Assembly: GCF_031769215.1 (NCBI RefSeq)
Contig: NW_026782461.1
Span: 620,001-684,000, forward strand
DNA: 64,000 nt
Direction of reading: 5' to 3'
Source: Ylistrum balloti
Taxonomy: Eukaryota
Within the stretch, counting starts at the first letter, position 1. Each line of letters begins with the position of its first letter. Positions 1-12,426 of the stretch are shown piece by piece. The notes below the pieces were generated by a model that made no database searches, was not told the DNA's origin, and saw nothing but the letters and a program-made list of their open reading frames with translations. Position numbers and translations under genes: made by a program.

Positions 1-3000
1 GTCCCTGGAATTTACAAACAGCTGGCCATGAAGACTTCTATGAATATACCATTTATTGTTACAGTATTAGTGCTTCTCTACCGAATTCCTGACCTCTTGG
101 TTTTTCCTGAAATGTTTTGTCTCACAGACAACTTACCAGCTTCACCTTCTTGATCAACTCCCAGAAAAAATCCTGCTATGATGACACCACAACATGCTAG
201 GGCCTTGCAAGAGGTGGCTTGCTTCAGGATCAGATATGAGAATACCTGGAAGAAATCATATATCTGAATAATACTGGACCATCAGGCAATTATCACAACA
301 AAGACAGCAGTAATGAATAACATCAAGGCAGGATCAGACTAATAATGGAAGATCAGTGACTAGAAATTTAAATTCCCAAATCACAGGCATGATATCTGAT
401 ATTATGAAAGTGGAAAGTAAAGTCTTATTAATGAAGTCATTTTCATGCTTCTGGGCATTTTGGTCAGTCAGAAGAAGTTGAAATGTTTTAACAAATTTTC
501 CCCATGTGACCTTACATAAGGGTCACGATCATTTTTTTTCCACAAAATTTGTAGGAACTCATCAAACAAATATCACGTTTACCAATGGTTTTGCCATTTT
601 ACATCGGAAGCAACAAAATTGATATTTTTGCCTGTTACCATGGTAACAGAAAAAAACCAAACAAAAAATGCACTGACAAGAGGCTATAAGCATTTATCTT
701 GGATGGTTTTGGAGTCATGCTTTATACAACTGAAATTTGTAATTTGGCCTTTCCGTTTCCATGGTTAAAGAAAACATATTCAAATGCAGAATGTTGCCAT
801 AGCAAAATGCACTAATAGAGAACTAGCTTGATAACAAATGTTTTGTGGACATTGCCACCATGCAAAAAACAAGACCTTTCATGTCTCTGCATCTTCATCA
901 ATGTGTGGCAAATGTTTTCAAACTCTGAAGACTACTGAAGGACTAGAATACAGTGTTACACTTACCACATTAAAGACGGTGCTGAGAGAACGTCCAACAT
1001 AGTAGAAGGCTACACCAACAAACTTGAGACAAAGGTTATTGCAGGTGATCATTGATACAAAAATAATGGACAATGGCAAAACCTGTAAATAAACAGACAG
1101 AAGTGGTTATCATACTACCAGACAGAAGTGGTTATCATACTACCAGACAGAAGTGGTTATCATACTACCAGACAGAAGTGGTTATCATACTACCAGACAG
1201 AAATGGTTATCATACTACCAGACACAAGTGGTTATCATACTACCAGACACAAGTGGTTATCATACTACCAGACACAAGTGGTTATCATACTACCAGACAC
1301 AAGTGGTTATCATACTACCAGACACAAGTGGTTATCATACTACCAGACACAAGTGGTTATCATACTACCAGACACAAGTGGTTATCATACTACCAGACAG
1401 AAGTGGTTATCATACTACCAGACAGAAGTGGTTATCATACTACCAGACACAAGTGGTTATCATACTACCAGACAGAAGTGGTTATCATACTACCAGACAC
1501 AAGTGGTTATCATACTACCAGACAGAAGTGGTTATCATACTACCAGACAGAAGTGGTTACCATATTACAAATCCATTCCTTTTTTACATATACAACAGAC
1601 ATTTTTACCCAAAAAATTAAATACTGTCATTGCATTTCATAAATTGCTTTTTTAAATTAAGAAAGATCTACTTAACCATTCTGAAGACAAAGGCTTTAAG
1701 AAATGTAAAGAATGAATGTGTCACCCAGGAAAGCCAACGAAAATAGCATCAACAACTCAAATTTGTAAAGTGTGGCTATAAGGTATAATTGATAAAGTTT
1801 ATAAAACTGAAACCTGCTTTAAAGGCCATCTGTATATAACAAATACCTGTCTATTACAGTCACTGGTATTTGTTTCTAATTAATACACCCAGTAATTCAA
1901 TAAGCTGTTATTTGACCTCTATATACAGGCAACCTGCAAATAAAGGTAATTTATCTCTGTATCCTTGAGTGGTCTTTATACACAGGGTTGAGAGTAGCCT
2001 TCATAGACAGGTTTAACTGTAACTTATTATATTAAAACATCAAGATTTATTTTGAAGTGAACTGATGATTAAGTTTATATCCCATCCCCCCTCTATCCCA
2101 TCCATCAAGCCCCCTTCACCCTCCCCCCCCAAAAAAGTAAGGAACATTTTAAATAGTGATCTTCGTTAGGAGGTTAACTTAAAGATAAGGCCACAAATTA
2201 TGAATGTACTACACACATGTTTACAACACACCATCACAACTTACTGATCTGTTGAGTTTGAAGTCTATCTCTGTAGATGGAAATGAGATCATGGTCGGGA
2301 ACATTTTTGAAAAAAATCGTATGATAACACACAGAACAGCAGTCACCACACACTGGTACCATGTCACGAACAATGGCGCATTCAGCTGCAAACACAATCA
2401 CTTATTATCAGATAAGCATATTTTTGTTGATAAATGTACGATAGAAAAAAAACTGAACTTGTTTACTAAAGTTATAAATTGAATATTCTGTCAAAAGCTA
2501 TAATTTCTAACTCTGGGGAAAATGTGTACACATTTTTAATCTGATTTGCACATATGTCACGCTAAAATATTGTGTGGGTCAAGCAAATTTCTATATAAAC
2601 CAACACTGCAGAAAATTTAGCAATAAGAAACCAATGAGTGAATTTTTAATGTTTTAACTTGAAAAAAAAAAAGAAAAAGAAAAAACACTGGATTACTATA
2701 AGGATTTATTAAAAGCTGACTTGTAGAATAGAAATTATGGATAAACAAGGACATTTTAAATCTGTCTACTTATCTCATTCACCAGGATAAAGAACAAGGA
2801 GGTATTTAATAAGCATTCTATTTACCTTTAGTTCTGGACTGCTGAGGAGGTACTTATTGGTAAAAACCATCGTAATGGATATCAACCTACAAACCAAAGA
2901 ATATATCATTAGATGTGAAGACAATGGTTACAGCGGCATAAAGTATCAGTGTATCACACTACATACTACCACTGGTGTCGTTGATGTCATCATATTTGAA

Positions 3001-4729
3001 TCATATAATCTTCCTTCTGTTGTATCTACCCCATAATAAATCCATGCCTGGTAATAAGCCAATTCATATCTACTGCTGTTTAATTTTAGAAATTCTATTA
3101 ATCCCATCCCCTTACTTTGGGTTTATTGCAGAGTCAAAAATGGTAATAACATCCTAAGCTCTTAGAACCCCTCATCTCAAATTTGTGTAAAGCTGTTAGG
3201 GATCAATATTGATTTTCACTTTTACTACAATGTATAATGATATGTTGAAAATATTTAGATGTTTTACAAAAACAGAAAAAAATACTATTTTTAATCTGTC
3301 CTTTGGCATTTTAATAGTTTTCACTTTTACTACAATGTACATCTTGATATGTTGAAAAGATTAAGAAGTTTTACAAAAACAGAAAAAAATACTATTTTTA
3401 ATCTGTCCTTTGGCATTTGAATAGTTTTACCATTACTGATAAATTAGAGGTGACACAACTTAAGAACACATTCTTAAATTCAAAGAAGAGTATTTCACGT
3501 CACCTTTATCTGAAGTTTTACTATTACATTTGATGTTTTCCTTTAACTGATGGTTTTAAAGACTCTGAATAGTTTGGTACCTGATTTCATTTATTACCTG
3601 TTAGTAAAAAATGAACAAGAGGTTGTTGCTCACCAGACATTGTCAAATCTTCACAAGCATGTTTTAATCATTGACTATTTTGTTTCCACGATTCTCAAAA
3701 TGACAGTTTTCTAAATGCTTGTACACATACTTTGTAAAATTTTATTTTCCTTGCATACTCAAACTATTTCAATGGGTAGATCTATTGATCAATGATGAAT
3801 ACCGGTAAAAATGATACAGTATCAGAATGCTGATTTCTTCAGATGTATGGGTGTCTTTTGCCTTTTTGATCAATAAATCTATCATGTCAGTTTTCATTTA
3901 TGCAGAAAAATATGGCATGTCGAGGAGGAAAAACTCACTATTTAAGCATATCCATAAATGATTTTTGTCAGAATCTATAAATCACTCGTTAACATCCATA
4001 AATCAATTATATATATCCACAAATCATGTTGAAATATGGATATCCATAAATTGAATTATGGATATTAGAATTATTTATGGATAGATATAAAAGGATTGAT
4101 GGATTTTCATAAAAAGCTACCTTTTCCCCCCTTTGGCTGGTCAAAAGGGGGGTAACTCCGTGACATACTCAATAAGGACATAGTTGTTTTTATCTTCAGG
4201 GTGCCTTCCTAGTTTATACCATGTAATATCTTGTTATATCAATTTTATTTGTAAATTGTAAGCAATGTCCTGTGTGGGTTATAGACATGGTAAGTAAAAA
4301 TCATGTACCATGGCAACATTTGGAGTTTTTCTGTGTTAGTGGTAATGATCGCGTTTCTATTGCAGCATTCAGAGCCTGTATTCATTTGTGTTAAATCACC
4401 TTAACAACCAAAGACAATTTTTACTGTCTGAAGACTAACTATACATTTCAATATGTTATGGTGGTGTACGCTGTATTAACTGCTTCATAATGCAATCACT
4501 TCCACGCATGTGTCAACTTGATTTTGGTAATTGAATACATAGCTGAGCACGGTAAGTCAGTCAAACTTCAAAAGATTTGTTGTCTGATAAATCTATGTGA
4601 CAGTAAATTAAGATATCATCATTAAACATTTCGGTCTTACCAATATGCTGATACCACGACCGCAATCTTGGAATACTTTGTAAATAACGACTCCATTCTT
4701 GGATGTCTGTGATAAATCGTCACAGTCAT
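1..4729 (-). CDS. SLC35C1: GDP-fucose transporter 1, 5' part (gene continues beyond left edge). Coding exons: 4641-4729, 2826-2886, 2245-2385, 966-1082, 137-245, and next exon starting at 4
   Basis: GT-AG-bounded exons join in frame (phases 2,0,0,0,1) to [62 protein letters not shown]...[77 protein letters not shown]. This matches human SLC35C1 ([51 protein letters not shown]). Start is either ATG 4729 or the better-context ATG at 4696. Confidence 0.95.
480..900. repeat. Degenerate repeat remnant with recurring GTTRCCATGG(C/T)AAC-like palindromes
   Basis: Perfect 16-bp palindrome TGTTACCATGGTAACA at 633-648, with related gtttccatggtt (~755) and gttgccatagcaa (~792) in an SLC35C1 intron. Confidence 0.35.
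1094..1560. repeat. 25-bp minisatellite (VNTR), ~18.7 copies
   Basis: Unit AAGTGGTTATCATACTACCAGACA(G/C) in direct tandem with no spacers; one unit has a G>A substitution at 1203. Confidence 0.98.
3213..3428. repeat. 105-bp tandem duplication (2 copies)
   Basis: ttttcacttttactacaatgta...aatctgtcctttggcatt occurs at 3213 and again at 3318. Confidence 0.85.
3945..4110. repeat. Small fold-back region of ATCCATAAAT / ATTTATGGAT motifs
   Basis: Several atccataaat copies followed by inverted attatggat / atttatggat copies; possibly a decayed MITE. Confidence 0.4.
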
Positions 4730-5268
4730 TGAACATGAAACTTGCTCTCCCGTATGCGATTCGATTGCCACGAAGTCCACACAAAAATCTATATCAAACA
4801 TATGTTTGATTATATCACGATTTCGTTTAAATAAAGCGTTCGCGTGACGTCGATCGAGGTGTAACTAATGTCTAATTTGTTACTTTTCAACACGGAGAGA
4901 CAGGAAAGGAAAGGACATTAGTAAGAAGTCTTTCTACAATTAGTTGATTTGGCTGTAAGTCGTTACAAATTATGCTGCCATTGTGTTTCTTTTGACGGAC
5001 AATGTCTTAATGTCCTTACTGTACAGTAAGCTTAGTGCTTAAACAAGTCCACAGAAAGGAAGAGGGAAATGGGACAAATAATAACATGCGCTATCCATTT
5101 TAATATCATTCTGTACGGGTTTTGTTTGGAGGGTTTTACTTGTATGAAGGTAATACATGCTATCATAATATCGTATGAATAGACGAAGACGTAAGATGTA
5201 ATGTTTGTACACCATCTTTGACTTATTTAATTAGCATTGTTTGGTTTTTATAAGGTGACCACTAAAAG
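4730..5268. promoter_or_regulatory. Putative bidirectional promoter SLC35C1/TAZ, with probable TAZ 5'UTR exon (ending 4954) and 5'UTR intron 4955-5254
   Basis: Divergent start codons are 539 bp apart in a locally CpG-retaining segment. CRE-like TGACGTCG at 4845-4852; donor ct|GTAAGT at 4955; acceptor tttttataAG|gtgacc at 5254, 14 nt before the ATG. Confidence 0.65.
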
Positions 5269-8200
5269 ATGCCCCTGGAACCACACATGTGGCAGTTCCC
5301 TCAGAGGCTGAACACTGTCTGGAAAATCAAGAGCAGGGTGGCAACCTCGTCTGTTGGATTTATCAGTAAAATTTTTGTCGGTAAGTTTAAGCTTCCAAAA
5401 ATCGACCTCGTACAATATCTCATTTATGAACGTGTCTACACACACGTGATTAACAAGTGATACACGCGAGAATCGTATTCAGATAGGATTTCATATCGAT
5501 ATTACGTCATATTCGCCCGTAGAAAGGTTATTGATTCGAATCGCATAATTGAAAATGCCCCTTTAAACTTTTTGAAATAAGGAAAAAACACGATGGTACT
5601 ACAAGTCATTAAATTGTTTATAGGTCAAAGATTTGTTAGCTTAATCGTGACACCTGATACGTTATGTCAGGGACATACACGATCAACCTTATAGTCTCTG
5701 ATTATGGATCTTTATTTAATACAATGAAATTCAAATATTTAATACTTTTGTCGAAAGGAATAATTTACAGTGTATATCTGCATGTAATGATAGGTTTCTG
5801 AAAAGAGAAAAACTGCAAAAAAAAAAAAACAACAAAAAACATCAAAAACCTAACAAGTTTGGTGACCAGGGATTTTGACTCGGATGGGCCATATATATGC
5901 CTATTTGTGTGTGGCCTTATAATTTTTAAAGATATATACCAAGTAATAAGTACATCCATATATGTTGCTGTTCAATCAAATTATAATTTCCAGTTGGCTC
6001 ATTGCAGGATGAATCTGAGGATTTTCTCTAGTTATGCATACTTTCTTTTTTCTTATTTTTGAATATGCACAGTATAGATTAGTAAGAGTGTTTCAGTTTT
6101 TCAAGACAAACATTAGGGTCACTCTTACTCTTTATAGATAATCACCAACTTTTCATCAATATATGCATTATGTACTGTTAAATATTGAATATATGGTGTA
6201 AATGTGTATTTTTTCAGCATTGAATAATTTTAAGGTTGTGAACAAGCAGAATTTGACAAAGAACATAAGAGAAACGGGAAATGGCCGTGGACTAATAACA
6301 GTAACTAACCATCATAGTTGTCTTGATGACCCAACATTGTGGGGTAAGATTTTTTAAATTTCAAGTTATAATTACAAACATAAATATATGTCTGTGTTTT
6401 CTTCTAAGCCAGATAAAATATTGTGATGATTCATGATTATTCATTAATTTAATAGATAGGATTACAGATCTAACGTTTTTCTTTAATTAGGTATCTTTAC
6501 AAATTATTAGCTTAATGTTGGTATGGACCAATCCTTCACACAACAACATGATATTAAAATGACGATTGCAGCCATGGTTGCCATTGAAGTAGCTTTCAGA
6601 GTAAGGGAGACAACTCTATCTACCTCTTATTTTATGTGATACATATACTTGGGTCATTGTCATAGTCATATCCAAAAGACATACCGGGGGTATATGTCAA
6701 AAAGTTTGTAAGCTGGTCAGACCACAGTCTCTGATCTGAGCCTGTGGTAACATATAAAAACCTGGATATGTTTTAATGAACTAAGTGTGTGATAGCAGAC
6801 TTGAATCAGAAAAAATCTAGCAGGTGTTATGGTTTTGTGATGTGAATAATTTATTTTCAACTGCAAATTTTAATTCAGTGTTTGATGTACGAGGGAATGG
6901 AAATGCAAGTGGTTGACAAGACATGACCTAAACGTTTTTCTTGTTCTTTCATAATTGAAGCTATCTGGAATCAATATCACACAATTTCAACGTCAATTTC
7001 GTTCTAAGTAATTACTACAATGACTTATTTTGACTTTTGTCATATAGTGTTGTACTATTTTTTTAAGTCATATGGCAATAGGCCCTTGCCTGGTAACCAG
7101 CTTGCACATATCTATTTCTATTCAGTAGGATTACTGTCATTACTATCTCAGTGTCCAGCAATAAGCCCACCCCCTGACATTATCCTGTGGTCTTGTTGTA
7201 TAATAAACGTACCGTACAAACAATGTTTGTAGTAGATAATCATTCGAGTTCATGTTTCAGGAATCCTTGGCTGGAACTTTGTGTTCGGGAAACTGGGCGA
7301 GAAGATAAGATGGACATTGACTGCTGACAATGTGTGCTATACAAACACATTCAATGCCAAATTTTTCTGCTTGGTCAAAAGTATCCCAGTTGTCAGGGGA
7401 GACGGCGTGTACCAACGAGGTGTAGACTATGCCATTGAAAAGTTAAACAATGGCGAATGGGTTAATATTTTTCCAGAAGGTAAGGAATGCTGACTTTCTG
7501 TTTTAGATGGGTTTTTTTTTTCTTTCTTTCTATTTTTTTTTTTACACTTAAGGAAAAATTTTAGAAACAAGGGAAATATTTTTTTGTTTTGAACACCACT
7601 AATGGCTGCCACAAACATGTTTCCATGGCAGAAAGTTTCAAAAATTTGTGTCTATTTCAAAATTATCATTTTCAGCGGACATGACAATAAAAGTACTCGA
7701 ATTCCATAAAAATGACACTAATAGGACAGGCCAATGATTTAGGATCATACTGACAGAATTGTTGTAAAAGTATTCATCTGTTATGATACTATGTATGTGA
7801 GGTATCTCATTTATGACCAAATAATGATACTGGTACATGCACATCTCTTGATACAGATTTATAAATATTATGTCTTACAAGTATTGCCTATATTTTTTTC
7901 AGCCAAAGTCAATCAAGATAAAGAGTTCCTTCGATATAAATGGGGTAAGCTTTTTAATTTATTACAATGTTCAACAGCTTTCATTAATTGATTGCAGTCG
8001 GAGATAACTATTGATTTATTGAAAGGTGATGGCATTGTAACAGGGTTTTACTGAAAGATAGTGGCAGTATAACAAGGCTTTACAAAATATGATGGCAGTA
8101 TAACAAGGCTTTAAAAATATGATGGCAATATAACAAAGCTTTAAAAATATGATGGCAGTATAACAAGGTTTTACAAAATATGATGGCAGTATAACAAGGT

Positions 8201-11200
8201 TTTACAAAATATGATGGCAGTATAACAAGGTTTTACAAAATATGATGGCAGTATAACAAGGTTTTTAATTGTGGCATGGTAACAAGGCTTTACTAAAAGA
8301 TACTGGCAGTAAAACAAGGTTTCATTGAAGTGATGGCATTGTAACAAGGTTTCACTGAAAAAAGGTGACAGTATAACAAGGTTTTACTGATAATTGGTGA
8401 CAGTATAACACAGTTTCACTGAAAGATTACAAGTGGTGAATTCCCCTTTGATATCTCTAAAAATGTTATGTCAGCAAAAGCAAGGCAACACAGACCTAAG
8501 ATGGTCAGGAGGGTAGAGAACTGTAATAATCCATCCCCTTGCTATTGAGATCCCCTTATATAAACGCTAAAGATGTGGGAAAGATTATATTATTATAAGA
8601 TGAAGGAATTTCCCTTTCATGAAAATAATGTCATGCCAGTTATGTCAAGAAATGAGAGAAACATTCTGAAGGACAGCTGTGTAAGAGAAAAATAATCATT
8701 CTCCCCCTTTAGGGTGAGGTCTGAACCCTTGGGGAAAGATTTTTAAGTCGAAAACACTTGGTAAGCCTCATTTTTACAAGCTTAATAATCCTCACCCTTA
8801 GGTTGTAACCTATCTTGCCATCAAGGAGATTAAACATTGTATTGTTCTCTTACCCTAGACAGATGCATACTCACATTTACTGATGTGAAATGTTCTTTTT
8901 TAACCTTTGGGTTGAGACGATACAAACTTGGATAACAATACATATATATATAAAAAAAAAACCGGCAGAAGGGTGGGAGACAAATCATCAACCCCCTTAT
9001 TTGTGAGATCTAAACCCCCAGAGAAAGTTAAAGATAAAAACGATCAATGAGCTTCAAACTTAATTATCTTCCCCGCAAGAGACACCCACAAAAGGTGAAA
9101 GATTATATGTTCCTGAAGCACACGTGAATTGAGTTTATTCATAGATAATTGATTCATTGTTTACAAATCCATTGTTTTTACAGGTGTTGGGAGGATGATT
9201 GCTGAAGCTGAAGTATTACCCGTTGTCATACCATTTTTCCATGTTGGTACGTAATGAATATTTATAATTATTTATATAAATATGATACATATCCCTTGTA
9301 ACCTATATGTCAGAAATTAAGGCAAAAGGATATATTGAGTAAGTATCACAATATTTTACTGATACTTGTGTCATGTATACAAACTCCTGAATCTTATTAT
9401 TTAATGTGTCCATGTATTTGTCAATATTCAGGACATGTATTACAAGGACTTTGTAGGAGTTACCAATTCAAGTTCTGTATATATGTGTTATTCACTATAA
9501 AATATACATGTATATATACCTATTTCAATTACAAACTTTAAAGTCTCAGTGTCCGGTATGTAACCCTGGTAAAATATTAGCTGCAATATACCACAATATA
9601 CCACTCGGTGTAGAGAGAATAATGACCACTGTTACATGTGTAGAAAATTGATAAAATAGAAATACTTCTGATCAGTAAAACATAAGCACTTTCATATCCA
9701 ATCTTCTGACACTTCACATATATGCACCGTGGGTTGGGAAATTATGCCAAGTCCCTGTGACATGTATGATGTGAAATATAAGCAATGCTGTCCATCCACA
9801 TTACCTTCTGTTACATGTGTAGAAAAATGATAAAAAAATTATTCAAAGCTTTGATTTTTGAAAAATTTATAAGAGTGATATGAATCATCATTTAATTTTT
9901 GATAATATTGGTAAAAATAACTGAAACTCTATCAGCTTGTAACAGTTGTAATCAACGTCCTCTTTCCACAGGTATGGACAGTGTATCACCCAACGAAGGC
10001 AAGTTCAAATATTACCCAAGAATATTCAAGGTATGATTTACATATTGTATAAATACTTGTATTTGTAACCAGCAGCATTTAAGAACTGTTTTAGTGTGGA
10101 AAGAGAGCCATATGTATGTCTACTATCCACTGTTGATCTTTGACTCCAAGTATTGTACGGATAAAATCAGTAACCTTGTACCTTACATGAAAGTTTTATA
10201 CACTAGTTCTGACGATCGGTAGTACGAAAAATTCCATTTTTAGAAATTTCTTGATATTTTGGGCTAATTTAGAAAACTCTTCAAAACCCTCCTTCTGTAG
10301 GATTGATTCATTTTGTCAAAATTTGGTCTGAAGTATCCTTGTGTGAAGAGGACACAATTTGTATAAACTGTGGATCTGACCTCCTTGGGGGTAAAGGGAC
10401 AAAGCCCAATAGGGGGAAAAGGGGAATCAGTTTAAAATCTTTTGTCTTTATTGGAAATTTAAGGGGACTCAATTTGTATAAAGAGTGCATCTTTTTTGGG
10501 GCAGAGGGGCAGGACTCAATAGGGCAAATAAAGGAATCAAGTAAAATTTCTTCTTGTTTAGTTGGGATGATAATATTGTGACTAACATCCTTTGGGAAGG
10601 GGAACCAAATTGTATGGTAGGTCTCAGCCCCCCTTTGAGTCAGAGGGATAGGACTCAGTTTGGGAAATAAATATGTTAAAATGCTTTTGTGAGAATCTAA
10701 AAAATTCATCTTAATTTGGTCAGAAAAAAACCTTGATGGAAGAAGAATAAATATTAAAAAAAACATGGGAATGCATTCTGTCCATAAAGATAGAGATATC
10801 ACTTCAAAATTCTTCTACCTCTGTTTGGATGATGGTATTTTGACCAAATTTGGTCTTTAGCATCGTTTGATGTGGGGGATTCATTTTGTATAAATAAAAG
10901 ATCTGGCTCCCCAGGTTAAAGAAGGGTGGGATCAAATAAAGGAAATGAGGGTGAATATTTAAAATCCTTTCTCTAGTTTGGATCAAGCAACTGTGACAGA
11001 CAAGCTAGGCAATGCAAGCCCTATGTACCTCTTGTTAATCATTTAAAAGTTTTATAACTTTAAACATTTTTATTGATGAATATGTTTAGAAATATCTCTT
11101 TATATCTAGACATTATAAACATATCTTTTTAATGGAGAAATGATATATAAATGTTCATATGATTTCTGAGGATAATCTGTATGTACGTTTTCATATTTTT

Positions 11201-12426
11201 ATATCTACGGTTCCCTTCTTTGTTTCCAGAGAGTCACCATGGTCATCGGTGAAGCAATAAACTTTTCTGATATTATTAATCAGAAGGATAAACTTTCACC
11301 AGTAAGTATTGCTTGGCTCCTTCAAACATTCACATAATGTTTTCTCATACGGGGTGGTACTCATATATTCTGAAACTTACTTACATTCTCCAGACCAATA
11401 CAAGTAAGTGGATAGAACATAAGAATGATTTGTACAAATACATATAGAGCATGGGCTAATTGTAAAAAATTACTGTAACTATTTATGGAAAATCTTACAC
11501 TTACTCGCATACTTTTGAATCAAAATAACAATTTATCAAAATGAGAATGTTTCTTTATCAGTTTAAATGTGTTCACTAACTGTAACTGAAGAGTAGAGTA
11601 TAGCACATATAATAGTTTAACAGTGGATGTGGACTGTGACCACTATTATAATGGTGAAATATAAGCAAGATATTTTGTAGTCAGGAGTAGTTCATCCTTA
11701 ATACATTTTTGTATGTCACAATTAGATTGTCAATTGTGGGGGAAAGTTTGACTGCATTATTGTCCTGAAGAAACCTGGGAGAGACTGTTGTATCACCTTT
11801 CCTCAGCTAATTTAGTGATATCATTCTAACAACTTGATTTCTCAAAGAGATTTTTAATTAAATAATGCAATGAAAATAATTTCAAATGAATTCCTGTTTA
11901 AAGATTGCCCATTCTGTTAATAGAAATTTGTCTACATGTGATCTTGACATGTACTGGAAGCCTGGGCATTCATGTCTTTTAGACTTTTTTATATCTACAA
12001 TGTTGATTGGTCCAAAAGAGATTTTAATTATTGAATGGCCTCATAGCAATACTGGACAAAAATATCCTGATATACCTGCTACCCCCCAATAAAGTTATAT
12101 TGTCCGTTTCCTGATTTCAAGAATGTCTATTATGCATTTCTCACAACTACTTGGTATCGGTTAAAGTTGTCGAATATTCTGTTGAATCTAGTATGAGATG
12201 AGTATGTATTCTTCCTCTCAAAATTTCCCCTTGAAATTTATATTTTAAGTTGAGTACATACTTACATGTAAATATATTGTGAAACATAATTTTTTATTCA
12301 TATTTATTTTTTTTTTTTCATCTGTTTCAGGTTGAATTTAGAAAGCAGTTAACTGATTTGATTCAAGAAAAGATGGCAGAACTGCAGATGCAGGCAGAGA
12401 GTCTACACAATCAGACAGCTTCCTAA
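5269..12426 (+). CDS. TAZ: Tafazzin (cardiolipin transacylase), 262 aa. Coding exons: 5269-5380, 6218-6343, 7261-7479, 7903-7944, 9184-9246, 9972-10030, 11230-11301, 12331-12426
   Basis: Eight GT-AG exons total 789 nt (262 aa + TAA). Motifs: LITVTNHHSCLDDPTLWG (HX4D), RWTLTA, PVVRGDGVYQRG, WVNIFPE, EFLRYKWGVGRMI, PFFHVGMD, EFRKQLTDLIQE. The 42- and 63-nt exons match human TAZ exon sizes as I recall them. Confidence 0.97.
8028..8425. repeat. ~31-bp minisatellite in TAZ intron 4
   Basis: Core unit GATGGCAGTATAACAAGGTTTTACAAAATAT, near-perfect at ~8080-8260 and degenerate at both flanks. Confidence 0.9.
10230..11037 (+). mobile_element. Degenerate HINE/Helentron-like non-autonomous element with internal satellite-like subunits
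   Basis: Repeated aaatttggtc...gaagggga...ttgtata subunits and a terminal ...cctcttgtt resembling the end seen in the 50468 element; the other terminus is not recognisable. Confidence 0.45.

Noticed and set aside
1094-1560. CRISPR-like appearance of the 25-bp repeat (and of the 34-bp repeat at 31874-33978)
   Set aside because: Units are directly adjacent with no unique spacers, no cas genes are present, and the context is eukaryotic introns. The single insert in the 34-bp array is a TIR/TSD-bounded MITE.
1073-1655. Three overlapping 155-189 aa ORFs with repeating [24 protein letters not shown]
   Set aside because: They are translations of a stop-free 25-bp VNTR lying antisense in an SLC35C1 intron, with no coding signature.
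10308-10802. 164-aa - strand ORF and 92-aa + strand ORF
   Set aside because: They lie within a HINE-like repeat in TAZ intron 6 and have no recognisable domain or splice support.
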